From an uncultured candidate division Zixibacteria bacterium (lineage in GTDB: Bacteria; Zixibacteria; MSB-5A5; GN15; FEB-12): a stretch of 64,000 nucleotides of DNA. This document shows positions 18,525 through 28,924 of the stretch, one piece after another. The notes below the pieces were generated by a model. The model saw only the letters and a list, made by a program, of their open reading frames with translations. It ran no database searches and was not told the origin of the DNA. Made by a program: the position numbers and the translations under genes. The DNA lies in contig CAWDXE010000001.1 in the NCBI GenBank assembly GCA_963806185.1, forward strand, positions 928,001 to 992,000, given 5' to 3'. How positions within the stretch are numbered: the stretch's first letter is position 1; every line of letters begins with the position of its first letter.

Positions 18525-19997
18525 CTACAGGTCGTGGCCGCAGTACGAGAGGTTGAAGCTCTTGTTACACAAGGGAAAGTCCGATATTTGCTGATTTCTC
18601 ATGGCGGTGGCCAGCCCGGTCCAGTTGTGAAAGGATGGATCGATGACCTTGTACCAGGCGAACTTGCCGTTAGTATCGGTGCAGGCGACGTGACAGATTT
18701 CGCCTCGCCAACCCTCGACGAGCGAGATCGATAACGAGTCAGGCTTTAGTTGACCTACGTCCACACGAGCTGTTTCGGAGGGGAGCGCTGCTAGTCGCGC
18801 CCGGATAAATTCGACCGAACGGACAATCTCCAGCCAGCGAACGTGCGCACGCCCGAATACATCCCCCACGTGCCAGAGCGACACCGGAATCTGGGCAAAG
18901 CTGAAGACATCAGAGGGATAGTCAAGCCGGGCGTCCAGCTCGACTCCGGCGGCTCGGGCCGGCGGTCCCACGATTCCCAGTTCGCGACAATCCGCAGCGG
19001 TGAGCATCCCTGTTCCCTCAAAGCGATTGATCACGGAGGGGGTTTCCCACAGGAGCTGCGCCACGATGTTCATGTCGGCGAAGGCTTGCTCAAGTTTTTG
19101 CGCGAGAGTCTCCACCTGATGGTCATCGAGATCAATTCCAACGCCACCCGGGCGGGCAATTCCACGTCCCAAACGATTACCGCACAGCAAGGCCGTGATA
19201 TTTAGGAAGTCACCCCTGATTCTTCCGCAATGTGCCGCCACAGGCAAGAAGCCGACGTCGCCGGCCAGTGCACCGAGATCGCCGGCGTGATTTGCCAGGC
19301 GCTCCAGTTCCAGGGCGATACTGCGAAGCATCATGCCACGGAAGGAAACGTGGCAGTGCGACAATGTTTCCATATTCTGGCTGAAGGCCGTCGCGTGACC
19401 TACCGAGGCATCGCCGGACAGTGTTTCCATATAGTGCATTGTGCGTTTGTCAGGTCCGCCACGGAGGGCTTGCTCCACACCGCGATGCTGGTAGCCAAGG
19501 GAAATCTCCAGGTGACGAACACTCTCTCCCACGCAGGAGAATCTGAAGTGCCCCGGTTCGATGACGCCGGCGTGTACCGGGCCAACCGCGACTTCATGAA
19601 CGCCTGAGCCGGTCATCGCATAGAATTCCGTCATGCCGACCGGTGCCTTGCTGAACCGGATCGGTTTCAGCCAGGGGTGACCAAGAGGTGTAATGCCCCA
19701 CAACTCCGCGATTTCGCGCTCGAACCAATTCGCCTGTGTACATCGAGGAGTAAGCGCGTCATATCGGCCGTCTACTTTCGTCGAGCAGATGCCCAAAGAC
19801 CCCTCGTCGCGCGATGACATGATGGCAATCAGGTCATGCCCGGTTTGATTGGGCTGAGCGAACAGGGAAATGAGCCGGTCACCATGACGTGTGGCGCCGA
19901 TGACTTCATCGGCGAAATCGGTGATCGGCAGGACCGGGAGATCCTTCCGCCCTATCATTTCGCAATTGCGGCAATGAAGCGAGCGACGGAGGCTCAT
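18525..19997 (-). CDS. hyfG: Ehr/hydrogenase-4 large subunit-like protein (NuoC/NuoD fold) lacking the NiFe CxxC motifs
   Basis: Motifs WFEREI, VGPVHAGVIEPGHFRF, LGYQHRGVE, ELERLANH and VEGWRG. C-terminus is DFPLCNKSFNLSYCGHDL. Confidence 0.9.
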   Translation of the reverse strand: MSLRRSLHCRNCEMIGRKDLPVLPITDFADEVIGATRHGDRLISLFAQPNQTGHDLIAIMSSRDEGSLGICSTKVDGRYDALTPRCTQANWFEREIAELWGITPLGHPWLKPIRFSKAPVGMTEFYAMTGSGVHEVAVGPVHAGVIEPGHFRFSCVGESVRHLEISLGYQHRGVEQALRGGPDKRTMHYMETLSGDASVGHATAFSQNMETLSHCHVSFRGMMLRSIALELERLANHAGDLGALAGDVGFLPVAAHCGRIRGDFLNITALLCGNRLGRGIARPGGVGIDLDDHQVETLAQKLEQAFADMNIVAQLLWETPSVINRFEGTGMLTAADCRELGIVGPPARAAGVELDARLDYPSDVFSFAQIPVSLWHVGDVFGRAHVRWLEIVRSVEFIRARLAALPSETARVDVGQLKPDSLSISLVEGWRGEICHVACTDTNGKFAWYKVIDPSFHNWTGLATAMRNQQISDFPLCNKSFNLSYCGHDL

Positions 19998-21475
19998 CAG
20001 TGCCCTCCCAACAAACGTGCGGCGTCAGTCAACAATTGATTCAACGCCGGCGGAATGTACACGCCGAGCACCAATACGCCCATGCAGAGCAATGCCGGCG
20101 GCATGACTGCCGCCAGAGATTCCCTTGCGGCCGTTCCTTCGCGCTCGCTGCGCCTTGCGCCGTACACCATGCCGAGAATAATGCTCGCCATGCTGACGAA
20201 GATGATTCCGAGGGCGACCAACAAAACGAGGGCCACCACCCAGTGACCAGAATCCAGTGATGCACGAATGATCGTGAGTTCACTTTGAAAAAGGCCAAAA
20301 GGAGGCGCTCCAGTGACGGCAAAGAGTCCGGCCAGCCAGAGAAAGCCCGAGCGCGGGAGTTCTCCCAGGACGCCGGTGATCAAACGTGTGGATTTGGTCC
20401 GATACCGGGCAAGAATGTTCCCCGCGACCAGAAACAGCATTCCCTTCACCAGGGAATGATTTACCGCGTGGAGCAGCCCGCCAAACGAGCCGAGGCCGCC
20501 GATGCCAACGCCGATGGCCATGATACCCATATGTTCTATACTCGAATAGGCAAGCATACGTTTGAAGTCGAGCTGCCCGACGATAAAAATGGTGGCAATG
20601 ACAACGGAGAACAATCCGAAGATGAGCAGCAATTCACGGGCAAACCCGCCCGATCCGGCTGCATCGAGCACCTGCGTCATGCGCAGAATACCGAGAAAGG
20701 CGCAATTGAGGAGTGCGCCGGAAAGCAGCGCCGACACCACCGACGGCGCCTCGCTGTGGGCGTCCGGCAGCCAACTGTGCAACGGGGCCAGGCCCATCTT
20801 GGTGCCGTAACCGATCAGCATGAAGATGAAGGCGATCTTGATCCAGGGAAGCTGCAGCATCGGTGCATTCGCTATCAAGGCTTCAAGTACCAACGGAACG
20901 CCGGCAACGCCCCTTCCGGACGCGGCAAAGGCCAGAAAGAATGTACCGAGCAGCGCCAACGCGATGCCTACTGAGCAGATCAACAGATATTTCCAGGTTG
21001 CTTCCAACGAGCGGTGGTGTCGGTGGAAGAAGATCAGCGGCGCCGACGAGAGCGTGGTCGCCTCGATCGCCACCCACAACACACCGAAGTTGTGACTCAT
21101 GGTGACCAGTGTCATGGTCGATAGAAACAACAGAAGACAGCCGACAAATACCGCCTCGGGTTCGTTCACGAATAGAACTGATTCCTCGAAATCCGGCCGT
21201 GCCCCCGACGGTTCGTGCGACAAGTATTGGACGGCGTAGACCGACGCCACGGTGAACAGGCCGCTGACAATGGCAAGAAAGAGCAGCCCCAGCGGATCGA
21301 GATTCAGCCAGCCGTCCATAATGGGATCGGGCCGCCATAGCCAAACGGCCGCCGTCATCGCGCTGTGCGACAGAGCCGCGGCCAGCAGGATGGTCCGACG
21401 CAGAGTATTGTTACGGATAACGAACGACGCGAATCCCGCCATCGCCGGAACCAGGATGAGGGCGAGCAGTATCAT
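19997..21475 (-). CDS. hyfF: HyfF-like proton-conducting membrane subunit
   Basis: Motifs WVAIEATTL, LEATWKY, GTKMGLAPLHSWLPDAHSEAP and KRMLAYSSIEH. Confidence 0.92.
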   Translation of the reverse strand: MILLALILVPAMAGFASFVIRNNTLRRTILLAAALSHSAMTAAVWLWRPDPIMDGWLNLDPLGLLFLAIVSGLFTVASVYAVQYLSHEPSGARPDFEESVLFVNEPEAVFVGCLLLFLSTMTLVTMSHNFGVLWVAIEATTLSSAPLIFFHRHHRSLEATWKYLLICSVGIALALLGTFFLAFAASGRGVAGVPLVLEALIANAPMLQLPWIKIAFIFMLIGYGTKMGLAPLHSWLPDAHSEAPSVVSALLSGALLNCAFLGILRMTQVLDAAGSGGFARELLLIFGLFSVVIATIFIVGQLDFKRMLAYSSIEHMGIMAIGVGIGGLGSFGGLLHAVNHSLVKGMLFLVAGNILARYRTKSTRLITGVLGELPRSGFLWLAGLFAVTGAPPFGLFQSELTIIRASLDSGHWVVALVLLVALGIIFVSMASIILGMVYGARRSEREGTAARESLAAVMPPALLCMGVLVLGVYIPPALNQLLTDAARLLGGH

Positions 21476-22161
21476 TCCTCAGCGTCCTCCCCGGCAAGTT
21501 TCTTCCGATTGCGAATCCAGTCCCGAAGAGTACTCAGTTGCCCGGCCTCGATACTGTCAAATTCCCTGCTGATATGGAAAACCATCACGCCCATGATGAA
21601 TACACCTACGAACACGTCGAGCAAAATCCCGATTTCGATTAGCATCGACTCCGATTGTGCGAAAAATACCCCAAACGCATAGATGCCGTTTTCCAGGGCC
21701 AGATAGCCGATGATCTGCATGAGTGCCTGTCGTCGACTCACGATGAGGAAAAGACCGGTGACAATGGTGAAGAACACCATTGGAATGGTCAATCGGTACC
21801 CCATGTTATCCGGCAACGGCAGCACATACCCCCACCAGAGCGAACTGCTCATCACCATGATTCCGATGAGAAGCGACATGGTCGGCCCGACGTAGAAAGT
21901 GATGATGCGGGCTGACTCCAGCTCGCGAAGTCCGCGCATCAGGAGACGGGGAAAGATGACACCCTTCAGAATGATCACCATCGCTGCGATGGCGGCAAGG
22001 CGGATACTGAGCCCCCCCTGATGGACAAAGAGAGGCAAGAGACCAAGGGCGAGCCCCTGGAGAGCGACAATGCGAATAGACGCGCGCAAAGATCCGGCGC
22101 CGAGCAGCAGGAAGTCGGTGATGACAATGAGCGCGATGATCGCATTTACGACGTCATGCAT
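21472..22161 (-). CDS. hyfE: HyfE-like membrane subunit
   Basis: Hydrophobic protein with QIIGYLALENG and EIGILLD, located between the hyfC- and hyfF-like genes. Confidence 0.85.
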   Translation of the reverse strand: MHDVVNAIIALIVITDFLLLGAGSLRASIRIVALQGLALGLLPLFVHQGGLSIRLAAIAAMVIILKGVIFPRLLMRGLRELESARIITFYVGPTMSLLIGIMVMSSSLWWGYVLPLPDNMGYRLTIPMVFFTIVTGLFLIVSRRQALMQIIGYLALENGIYAFGVFFAQSESMLIEIGILLDVFVGVFIMGVMVFHISREFDSIEAGQLSTLRDWIRNRKKLAGEDAEE

Positions 22162-22165
22162 AACA

Positions 22166-23080
22166 TCACCCCAGCACCAGAATGGCGGCCAGCATCGACA
22201 GCGCTCCCGCACCGACCAGCAATTGCGGGACCTTCAGCAGACGCAGACGGGCCATGGATGATTCAACAACACCTACGGCAATTGCCAGCGCGATCATGCC
22301 ACCGACGGCAAATCCTTCGCGCCACCAAAGGCCCGCTTCCGTCAGATTTGGTGAAAAGACCCCCACAAACAGCGCGCCTAGCAGCCAGAGTTTCAACGCG
22401 CTCCCATAGACGACGAGGCCGAAATCAGGGCCGCCATGATCGAGCACCATCACCTCGTGAATCATGGTGAGCTCGAGATGGGTGGTTGGGTCGTCCACCG
22501 GGATGCGGGCGTTCTCCGCCAGATACAGCACGAAGAGTGCGGCCGCCACCAGCACCGGCGCGCCGATACTCCAGCCGGTAACTCCAGTCGCATAGAGTAT
22601 TCCACTTAGCGACAGACTGTGACTGATACGTGACAGCGCGAGCAGCCCTACTAAAAGTGACGGCTCCATTAACATTGCGAAGGTCGCCTCGCGACTGGCG
22701 CCCATGCCTTCAAAACTTGAACCGGTGTCGAGCGCTGCAAGAACCGTGAAGAGTCTGGCCAAACCAAGAGCGCAGGCCAGGACGATAACGTCTCCCCCAA
22801 AGGCCAGCAATGCCGGACTTCCGGCAAATGGTACGATCAGCAATCCGACCACCATGACAGCAAGATTGACTACCGGTCCGGCACGGAACAGCCACGAGGT
22901 CGTCCGGCTGTACACAGCGCCTTTGCGCAGCAATTTGGCGATATCGTAATAAGCCTGGAGCAGCGGCTGACCGCGTCGACCGGCCATGATCGCCTTGGTG
23001 CGATTGATGATCCCGGGCAGCAACGGGGCGGCGACAAGCGCCAGGAGGACGTGAGCCAATGAGAGCATGGTGACTTTCAT
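22166..23080 (-). CDS. hyfC: HyfC/NuoH-like membrane subunit
   Basis: Motifs GQPLLQAYYDIAKL, GMGASRE and ENARIPVDDPTTHLELTMIHE. Confidence 0.92.
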   Translation of the reverse strand: MKVTMLSLAHVLLALVAAPLLPGIINRTKAIMAGRRGQPLLQAYYDIAKLLRKGAVYSRTTSWLFRAGPVVNLAVMVVGLLIVPFAGSPALLAFGGDVIVLACALGLARLFTVLAALDTGSSFEGMGASREATFAMLMEPSLLVGLLALSRISHSLSLSGILYATGVTGWSIGAPVLVAAALFVLYLAENARIPVDDPTTHLELTMIHEVMVLDHGGPDFGLVVYGSALKLWLLGALFVGVFSPNLTEAGLWWREGFAVGGMIALAIAVGVVESSMARLRLLKVPQLLVGAGALSMLAAILVLG

Positions 23081-25053
23081 CGCAGCTTCCAGAACATGAG
23101 GGTGAGCAGCGAGATCAGAATGTAGAGAATGTACAGATGGACATTGCCGTGCTGAAGCCAGCGAAGTTGACCGAGCGTCCAGGCCACGCCGCGAAAGAGC
23201 GGCTCATATACGCGCGAAAGAAACGCGTCGGGGATTTTCACCGCTGCAACTGATCGGTGAGGAAAGGGACCGGTCGGCAAAGTAGAATTCACATGCACGG
23301 GGCTCAAACGGGAGAAGAGACGGCTCACAGTCTGCACGAACGAGTATCCCCGGTACTGCATGCGCGCCGTCGGCGCCGCATAGCCACAGTCCCAGGTGAC
23401 TGTGGTGCGGATCGAGCGGGACTGGAGAAGCAGCGATCGTACGATGGCCACGACGGCAATCGCGAACAGGAGCACGGCCAACGTAAGACTCAATCCTTTC
23501 AGAAAGCCCCATGACAATTGGAAGGACTCCGTGATCGAATGTATCGACATACCGGTAAGTGATGCCAGCGCCGGCCCAATCAACAGAGGTACGGCGAATG
23601 CGCTCAAGCCAATCAGCACGCACATCCCAGCCAGCAACCAGATCGGAAATGTCATTAGCAGACCGGATTCAGCCGCTCCTTCGGCTGCCGAACTCCTCGG
23701 CTGACCGAGGAAACCGATACCGAAAAACTTGCAGAAGCAGATTGCCGAGAGACCGCCGATAAGCGCCAATCCGATGACCACGGCGATCGAGATCGCCGCC
23801 AGATCGGTTCGAGCTGATGACGCGCCGTTGAAGGCGCCCATATACACGAGGAATTCGCTGATAAAACCATTGCCAAGCGGCAGACCGGCAATCGATATCG
23901 TTGCGATGAGTGCGGCTATTGACGTGCGCGGCATCCGTTTAAAGAGACCGCCCAGTTGGTCGCAGTCCAGCGTGCCACATCGTTGTAGTATGGAGCCGGC
24001 GACGAGAAACAGGCCGCCTTTAAACAGGGCGTGATTAATCACGTGCAGCAACGCGCCGCCGAAGCCAAGAGTGGTGAGGACAGTCGAATGAGTCGACCAC
24101 CCTAACACGCCTACCCCCATGCCGATGGCCATGATGCCGACGTTTTCGACACTGGAGTAAGCCAACAGACGCTTCAGATTGGATTGACTCAAGGCGAAAA
24201 GGACACCGATCAAGCCGGATACCAGGCCGATCCCGATGAGCAGGATCCCCCACCAGTAGGCGGGCGGACCGAGGAGAGTGAGCGCCCGGAATAATCCGTA
24301 AATCCCCATCTTGATCATCACGCCCGACATCAGTGCCGAAATGTGACTGGGGGCGGCCGGGTGGGCCTCCGGAAGCCACACATGAAACGGCAGAAAGCCG
24401 GCCTTGGAGCCAAAGCCGATCAGGGCGATGATGAACAGTACTCCGGCCAGTGCGGGCGTGGCCGCAAAGCTCTCAAAATCCAGCGACCCCGATTGCCGGC
24501 CGAGGAGCAGAAAGAAGACGAGCAGAAAGGCAGCCCCAATGTGAGCGGCAATAAGATAGATCAAGCCGGCTCGCCGGACCGAGCGCTTATCACTTTCAAA
24601 GATCACCAGGAAAAACGAGCTGATCGACATCAACTCCCAGGCCACCAGAAACAGAACCGCATTGCGTGCTACGACAACAATGATCATAGACGCGATGAGC
24701 GCCGCAGTGAAGAACCAAATCGATCCCAGATTGTGTCCTTCCCGGTGCTGCCAAAGATATGACGCCCCAAACAAGCAGACCGGTACGGAGACAACGAAAA
24801 TTATCAGGAGAAATACGGCCGACAGCGCGTCCACCCCTACGCCAAAACTCCCGCCCGGAACCTGCCATGCCCAGCGAAGTAAATCGACGTCGCCGGTCAG
24901 AAGCGCGTGGACAGCCGGAATCAAACCGACCAGACAGCCGAGCACAATTCCCGCAGCACCGACAGATGATGCCGTCGCTGGAGATCGATGTAAGGCCAGC
25001 GATGCGATTCCGGAGAGCAGAATGATGGCCGTGGCCGCGAGTATGGTCTCCAT
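23077..25053 (-). CDS. hyfB: HyfB-like (NuoL/MrpA-type) proton-translocating subunit
   Basis: Motifs WELMS, HVWLPEAHPAAPSHISALMSG, KRLLAYSSVEN, NHALFK and TWDCGY...RMQY. Confidence 0.92.
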   Translation of the reverse strand: METILAATAIILLSGIASLALHRSPATASSVGAAGIVLGCLVGLIPAVHALLTGDVDLLRWAWQVPGGSFGVGVDALSAVFLLIIFVVSVPVCLFGASYLWQHREGHNLGSIWFFTAALIASMIIVVVARNAVLFLVAWELMSISSFFLVIFESDKRSVRRAGLIYLIAAHIGAAFLLVFFLLLGRQSGSLDFESFAATPALAGVLFIIALIGFGSKAGFLPFHVWLPEAHPAAPSHISALMSGVMIKMGIYGLFRALTLLGPPAYWWGILLIGIGLVSGLIGVLFALSQSNLKRLLAYSSVENVGIMAIGMGVGVLGWSTHSTVLTTLGFGGALLHVINHALFKGGLFLVAGSILQRCGTLDCDQLGGLFKRMPRTSIAALIATISIAGLPLGNGFISEFLVYMGAFNGASSARTDLAAISIAVVIGLALIGGLSAICFCKFFGIGFLGQPRSSAAEGAAESGLLMTFPIWLLAGMCVLIGLSAFAVPLLIGPALASLTGMSIHSITESFQLSWGFLKGLSLTLAVLLFAIAVVAIVRSLLLQSRSIRTTVTWDCGYAAPTARMQYRGYSFVQTVSRLFSRLSPVHVNSTLPTGPFPHRSVAAVKIPDAFLSRVYEPLFRGVAWTLGQLRWLQHGNVHLYILYILISLLTLMFWKLR

Positions 25054-25065
25054 GCGTTCTTCCGA

Positions 25066-25761
25066 TTACGGTTTCTTACCTGTGCCGGAGATCAGAGTCT
25101 CTTCCACTTTTCTGGCGGCATCGAGAATCTCTTCGCGCAATCCCTGGCGCCTGATGGCAGCACTAAAGGCCGGATCGCGAAGCGACCAGGCGAGTCGGGA
25201 AATCAAGTGGAGATGAGCCCGCACGGTTGGGCTGATGAGCATGAACAGCGCGTATACCGGTTGACCGTCGATCGCGCCGAAATCAATCGGCTTCTCAAGA
25301 AAGTAGAGCGTGATCATCGGTTTCGCGATATGGAGCACAACGGGATTCCGCACGTGCGGAATGGCGATGCCCTCGCCGATGCCGGTAGAGGATAATTCCT
25401 CTCGTGCGACGAGCACCCGGTAGAGAAATTCTCGATCAACTTCTTCAGGCAACTGAAGCAACTGCACGACATTTTTCAGCACCGCCCACTTGTCCGCACC
25501 AACTACCCGATAGTGGACTCCCCCGTTTTGCAGTGCGTCGTAGAGTGAGGGCATGGGTACGCCGCTGGATTCCGGCTCGGCGAAGATCTCGGGAGAAATG
25601 GGGATTTTGCGCGAGGTTGCCCATTCGAGAATCTCGGCTCTATTGAACCGGTATTGCTCGTGTACCTGGTACGCCGGGAGAGCGCCCTGGGTAATCCAAC
25701 GGTAAACTGTTTTCTCAGAGACAGTTAGGAGGCGTGCAACGTCCTTGACAGTCAGTGTCAT
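25066..25761 (-). CDS. Excisionase-like (HTH_17) DNA-binding domain fused to a PTS EIIA (Ntr/Fru-type) domain
   Basis: N-terminal LTVKDVARLLTVSEKTVYRW. C-terminal RE..SSTGIGEGIAIPH (phospho-His) and FGAIDGQPV. Confidence 0.9.
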   Translation of the reverse strand: MTLTVKDVARLLTVSEKTVYRWITQGALPAYQVHEQYRFNRAEILEWATSRKIPISPEIFAEPESSGVPMPSLYDALQNGGVHYRVVGADKWAVLKNVVQLLQLPEEVDREFLYRVLVAREELSSTGIGEGIAIPHVRNPVVLHIAKPMITLYFLEKPIDFGAIDGQPVYALFMLISPTVRAHLHLISRLAWSLRDPAFSAAIRRQGLREEILDAARKVEETLISGTGKKP

Positions 25762-25786
25762 GATGCCCCATCTTTCTCACTCATGT

Positions 25787-25848
25787 CTCATCTATGACTT
25801 CTAATGCTCAACAGAAGACATTTATGAGCAAATGGGATCAGATGTCAA
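25787..25848 (-). promoter_or_regulatory. Promoter/operator of the Ehr operon
   Basis: TTGACA at 25848-25843, and an imperfect palindrome CTCATctATGaCTTCT-N10-AGAAGaCATttATGAG at 25787-25828 (13 of 16 arm positions pair). Confidence 0.6.
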
Positions 25849-26043
25849 GATTGAAAGTAGACAGAAATCGGGTAAAGCCGGCTGGGAGTGATCGCAAAGC
25901 AGGCGTACCTGATTGGCGAGACCAATTCAAGGAAGTAATGAGAAATGTAGGGTCACTACGGCATTGGGCAAGGACCAGTATCATGAGTCCGAACGTGCAG
26001 CACCCTCGCGTCGCCGATGATAGTCGTCTGCGTTCTGGTCTGG

Positions 26044-28710
26044 TCAGCTACGGCCGTGGTCGCCCATGTGCTTTCCCAACATGGCCTGGAAGGCCGGGGT
26101 GGCGCGAAGTGCATCAAACCCCGGAGCGATTCGCAGCCAATTTGCCGACACATTGGCCGGCTCAGAAAGCAAATGATCAAACAGGGCCGTCGCCTGATCG
26201 TACTCGCCAACTAACGCCAAAACCATGGCGAGATTCCGCAGGTGAGTGGGCCCTTCCAGTGCATCTCGGGATTCGGGAACAAGTTCGACGGCCCTCCTGG
26301 CGGCCTGCACCGCCTTCTCTTCCTGACCAAGTCCGGCATACACTCTCGACAACGAACCGAGCAGCATCGCGGATCTCGGTGTGGACGCAACTTTGGCTTC
26401 TAATTGCACTCGGGCGGAGTCATAGTAGATTCGCGCCTGGGCCACACGGTTCATAAGTTCGCAGACGAATCCTTTCGTGTAATAATAGTCGGTAGTATCG
26501 GCACCGTCTGGAAACAGGACGTCACCAGGGGCGTTCAGCAGATGAAGGGCCGGTTCGTATTCTCTATCGCAGCAATGATAGTACGTTTCAAACCAGGTCA
26601 ACTCCGGCCAGCGACCGATAGTCGCGCGCGCGGTGTCGAGGACCTTAAGCGCTTCCGTCGTTCGGCCGGTCAGACTGAAAAGCGCCCACGACTTAATATG
26701 ATATGCCCAGTGATGATTTGGCTCGAGGTCGATAACGTGGTCCTGCTGAGTTACTGCCTCCTGATAGCGACGGCAAAGATAATATGTTAGACCAAGTTCA
26801 TACTTGTACCATGCATCGCGGGGAGCAAGGCGTGTAACCGTCTCGAGACCGCGGATCGCTTCGTCCCATTTGCCAAGGCGCCTCTGCACCCACGCCGTGC
26901 TGGCCAGTGCCAGAACGTTGTTGGGTTGTATCTCAAGGACTCTGGAGAATTCCTCCAACGCGTGGTCATAGTCACGAGTGCCATGGTAGTAGTACCAGCC
27001 GAGCGCCTGGCGGGTCTCGGGTAGGTTGGGTGCCAGACTAAGGGACAGATCCACCAGCTTTTTGGCGCTGTCTAGAAGAAGGGCTGACGACGGCACGTTT
27101 TGATCCCAGTTCATTTCGATGTACAGAGAACTCAATTCGGCATAGGCCGGGGCAAAACTGGGCGCCAGCTCGATCGCTTTGCGAAACATGATCTCAGCGA
27201 GTTTCAGTTCATTCTGCTGATAGCGCGCGATTGAGAAATATTGCTTTCCGCGCAGATAGTGATCGTAGGCGGCGGCATTTACCTCGGTGTTGTGTGACAG
27301 CGCTTCTTGTTCCGGTTGAAGCAGAGTGACGTTCAGCGCGGCGGCCACCTCCTGTGCGATCTTGGACTGGGCCGTGAGGACGTCCGTCAGCACGGCGTCT
27401 ATGCTGGCCGCCCATAGGTGAGAATCGTCCGCCACTCTCACCAGTTGCGGATTGATCCGGACCCGGCTCTCCGATCCCGTCTTGTCCCAGCGGATGGTTC
27501 CCTCGAGGACGTACTCGACATTCAGCTCCTTTCCGATTTGTTTTAGATTCTTGGTCGACTTCTTGTATTGCATGGAGCTGGTGCGGGATATAACGCCCAG
27601 ACCTGAAAGGCCGGCCAGACGAGTCGTAATTTCGTCAGTGATGCCGTCAGCAAAGTACTCCTCCTGCGCGGAGCCGAGATTTTCGAAGGGAAGAACGGCC
27701 AGCATCTTTCTCTTCGCCTCAGCCGGCATGCCGGAATGCGAGGTGAAGCGCGTGACCAGCCAGTACGTCATCAAAACAATCAAGACGCCGACTGTGGTGG
27801 TGGTGACATACAGGCCCCAGCGGCGACGACGTTTGGCAGTTGGCGTAGCTCCGCGCGACGAGAGGCGTCTGAGATCTCCGGCCAGTTCGTCGGCATGCTG
27901 GTAGCGGGCAGTCACATTCTTGTCAAGCGCCTTGTCAACGATGGTCTGCAACTCCGGGGGGACGTCTCGCCGGAACCGAGCCAGAAGCTCCGGCTTTGCA
28001 TTCGTGATCGCATGCAGGGTGGCGGCCTCAGAGTCAGCCTTGAAGGGCGGGTGGCCGGTAATCATCTCATACAAGACAACGCCGAATGAGAAGAGATCGG
28101 TGCGATGATCGACTTTCTCTCCTCTGACTTGCTCCGGCGACATATACCCGACGGTCCCGAGCGTCGAGCCGGTCCTGGTCAGTTGTTCAACCCCGCCGAC
28201 CGCGGCAAGACCAAAATCGGCGATGCGGGCTCGTCCGTACGAATCGATGAGAATATTCGGCGGTTTGATATCCCGGTGGGTAATCCCCTTGTCATGGGCA
28301 GCCTGAAGACCGTCGCAGATCTGGACACCCAAGTGCAGGACTTGCTCGAGGGACAGCGGCTTGGCGGCCGGTACTTCCTTGAGTGATTTCCCCTCCACAT
28401 ACTGCATGGAAAAATACGGCCGACCCTGGAACTCGCCGACTTCGAACACCGACACAATATTGGGATGATCGAGCTGCGCGGCTGCCTGGGCCTCGCGCTT
28501 GAAGCGGGCGCGGCACCCGGCGTCCTGACACAGGTAGACGGGAAGGAATTTGAGAGCGACTTTGCGGCCAAGGTCGGCGTCTTCGGCGAGGTATACCTCA
28601 CCCATGCCGCCGGCACCGATCTTCTCAATGATCCGGTAGTGCCCTACAATTGTGTCGTTCGCAAGCTGAAGGTGCGATCGGGTTATGTCATTTGAGTCGC
28701 TGTCCGGCAT
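26044..28710 (-). CDS. Hanks-type Ser/Thr protein kinase with TM helix, TolB_N-like domain and TPR repeats
   Basis: Kinase motifs GAGGMGEVY, VALK, HRDIKPPN, DFG and GTVGYMSPEQ, then a TM segment, LAVLPFENL and TPR helices. Confidence 0.93.
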   Translation of the reverse strand: MPDSDSNDITRSHLQLANDTIVGHYRIIEKIGAGGMGEVYLAEDADLGRKVALKFLPVYLCQDAGCRARFKREAQAAAQLDHPNIVSVFEVGEFQGRPYFSMQYVEGKSLKEVPAAKPLSLEQVLHLGVQICDGLQAAHDKGITHRDIKPPNILIDSYGRARIADFGLAAVGGVEQLTRTGSTLGTVGYMSPEQVRGEKVDHRTDLFSFGVVLYEMITGHPPFKADSEAATLHAITNAKPELLARFRRDVPPELQTIVDKALDKNVTARYQHADELAGDLRRLSSRGATPTAKRRRRWGLYVTTTTVGVLIVLMTYWLVTRFTSHSGMPAEAKRKMLAVLPFENLGSAQEEYFADGITDEITTRLAGLSGLGVISRTSSMQYKKSTKNLKQIGKELNVEYVLEGTIRWDKTGSESRVRINPQLVRVADDSHLWAASIDAVLTDVLTAQSKIAQEVAAALNVTLLQPEQEALSHNTEVNAAAYDHYLRGKQYFSIARYQQNELKLAEIMFRKAIELAPSFAPAYAELSSLYIEMNWDQNVPSSALLLDSAKKLVDLSLSLAPNLPETRQALGWYYYHGTRDYDHALEEFSRVLEIQPNNVLALASTAWVQRRLGKWDEAIRGLETVTRLAPRDAWYKYELGLTYYLCRRYQEAVTQQDHVIDLEPNHHWAYHIKSWALFSLTGRTTEALKVLDTARATIGRWPELTWFETYYHCCDREYEPALHLLNAPGDVLFPDGADTTDYYYTKGFVCELMNRVAQARIYYDSARVQLEAKVASTPRSAMLLGSLSRVYAGLGQEEKAVQAARRAVELVPESRDALEGPTHLRNLAMVLALVGEYDQATALFDHLLSEPANVSANWLRIAPGFDALRATPAFQAMLGKHMGDHGRS

Positions 28711-28865
28711 GATCGACAATATCCTGTTATAGGCGGTGGTCAACCCGCCCGTTGTCATATGCCAGATTCAAGATACATGTCACAAACAACTATGGCAACA
28801 GACTTAGATAGGCCCATACCGCCCACCAAACTGTCGACCGCCTACGGTGAAAGATACGGAAACGG

Positions 28866-28899
28866 AAAAAGGCCGGGAGGCGCAATACCTCCGGCCTTC
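28866..28899 (-). terminator. Rho-independent terminator of the large secreted protein gene
   Basis: On the minus strand: AAGGCCGGAGG-loop-CCTCCCGGCC followed by TTTTT. Confidence 0.75.
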
Positions 28900-28924
28900 T
28901 CATGATGCGGGCCTGCTTATCGTC

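Noticed and set aside
17730..25053. Formate hydrogenlyase or true NiFe hydrogenase
   Set aside because: Both Ni-binding CxxC motifs are missing, and no fdh or hyp genes are adjacent.
25794..26456. 220-aa plus-strand ORF
   Set aside because: Overlaps the kinase 3' end in antisense and the Ehr promoter, and its composition is not protein-like.
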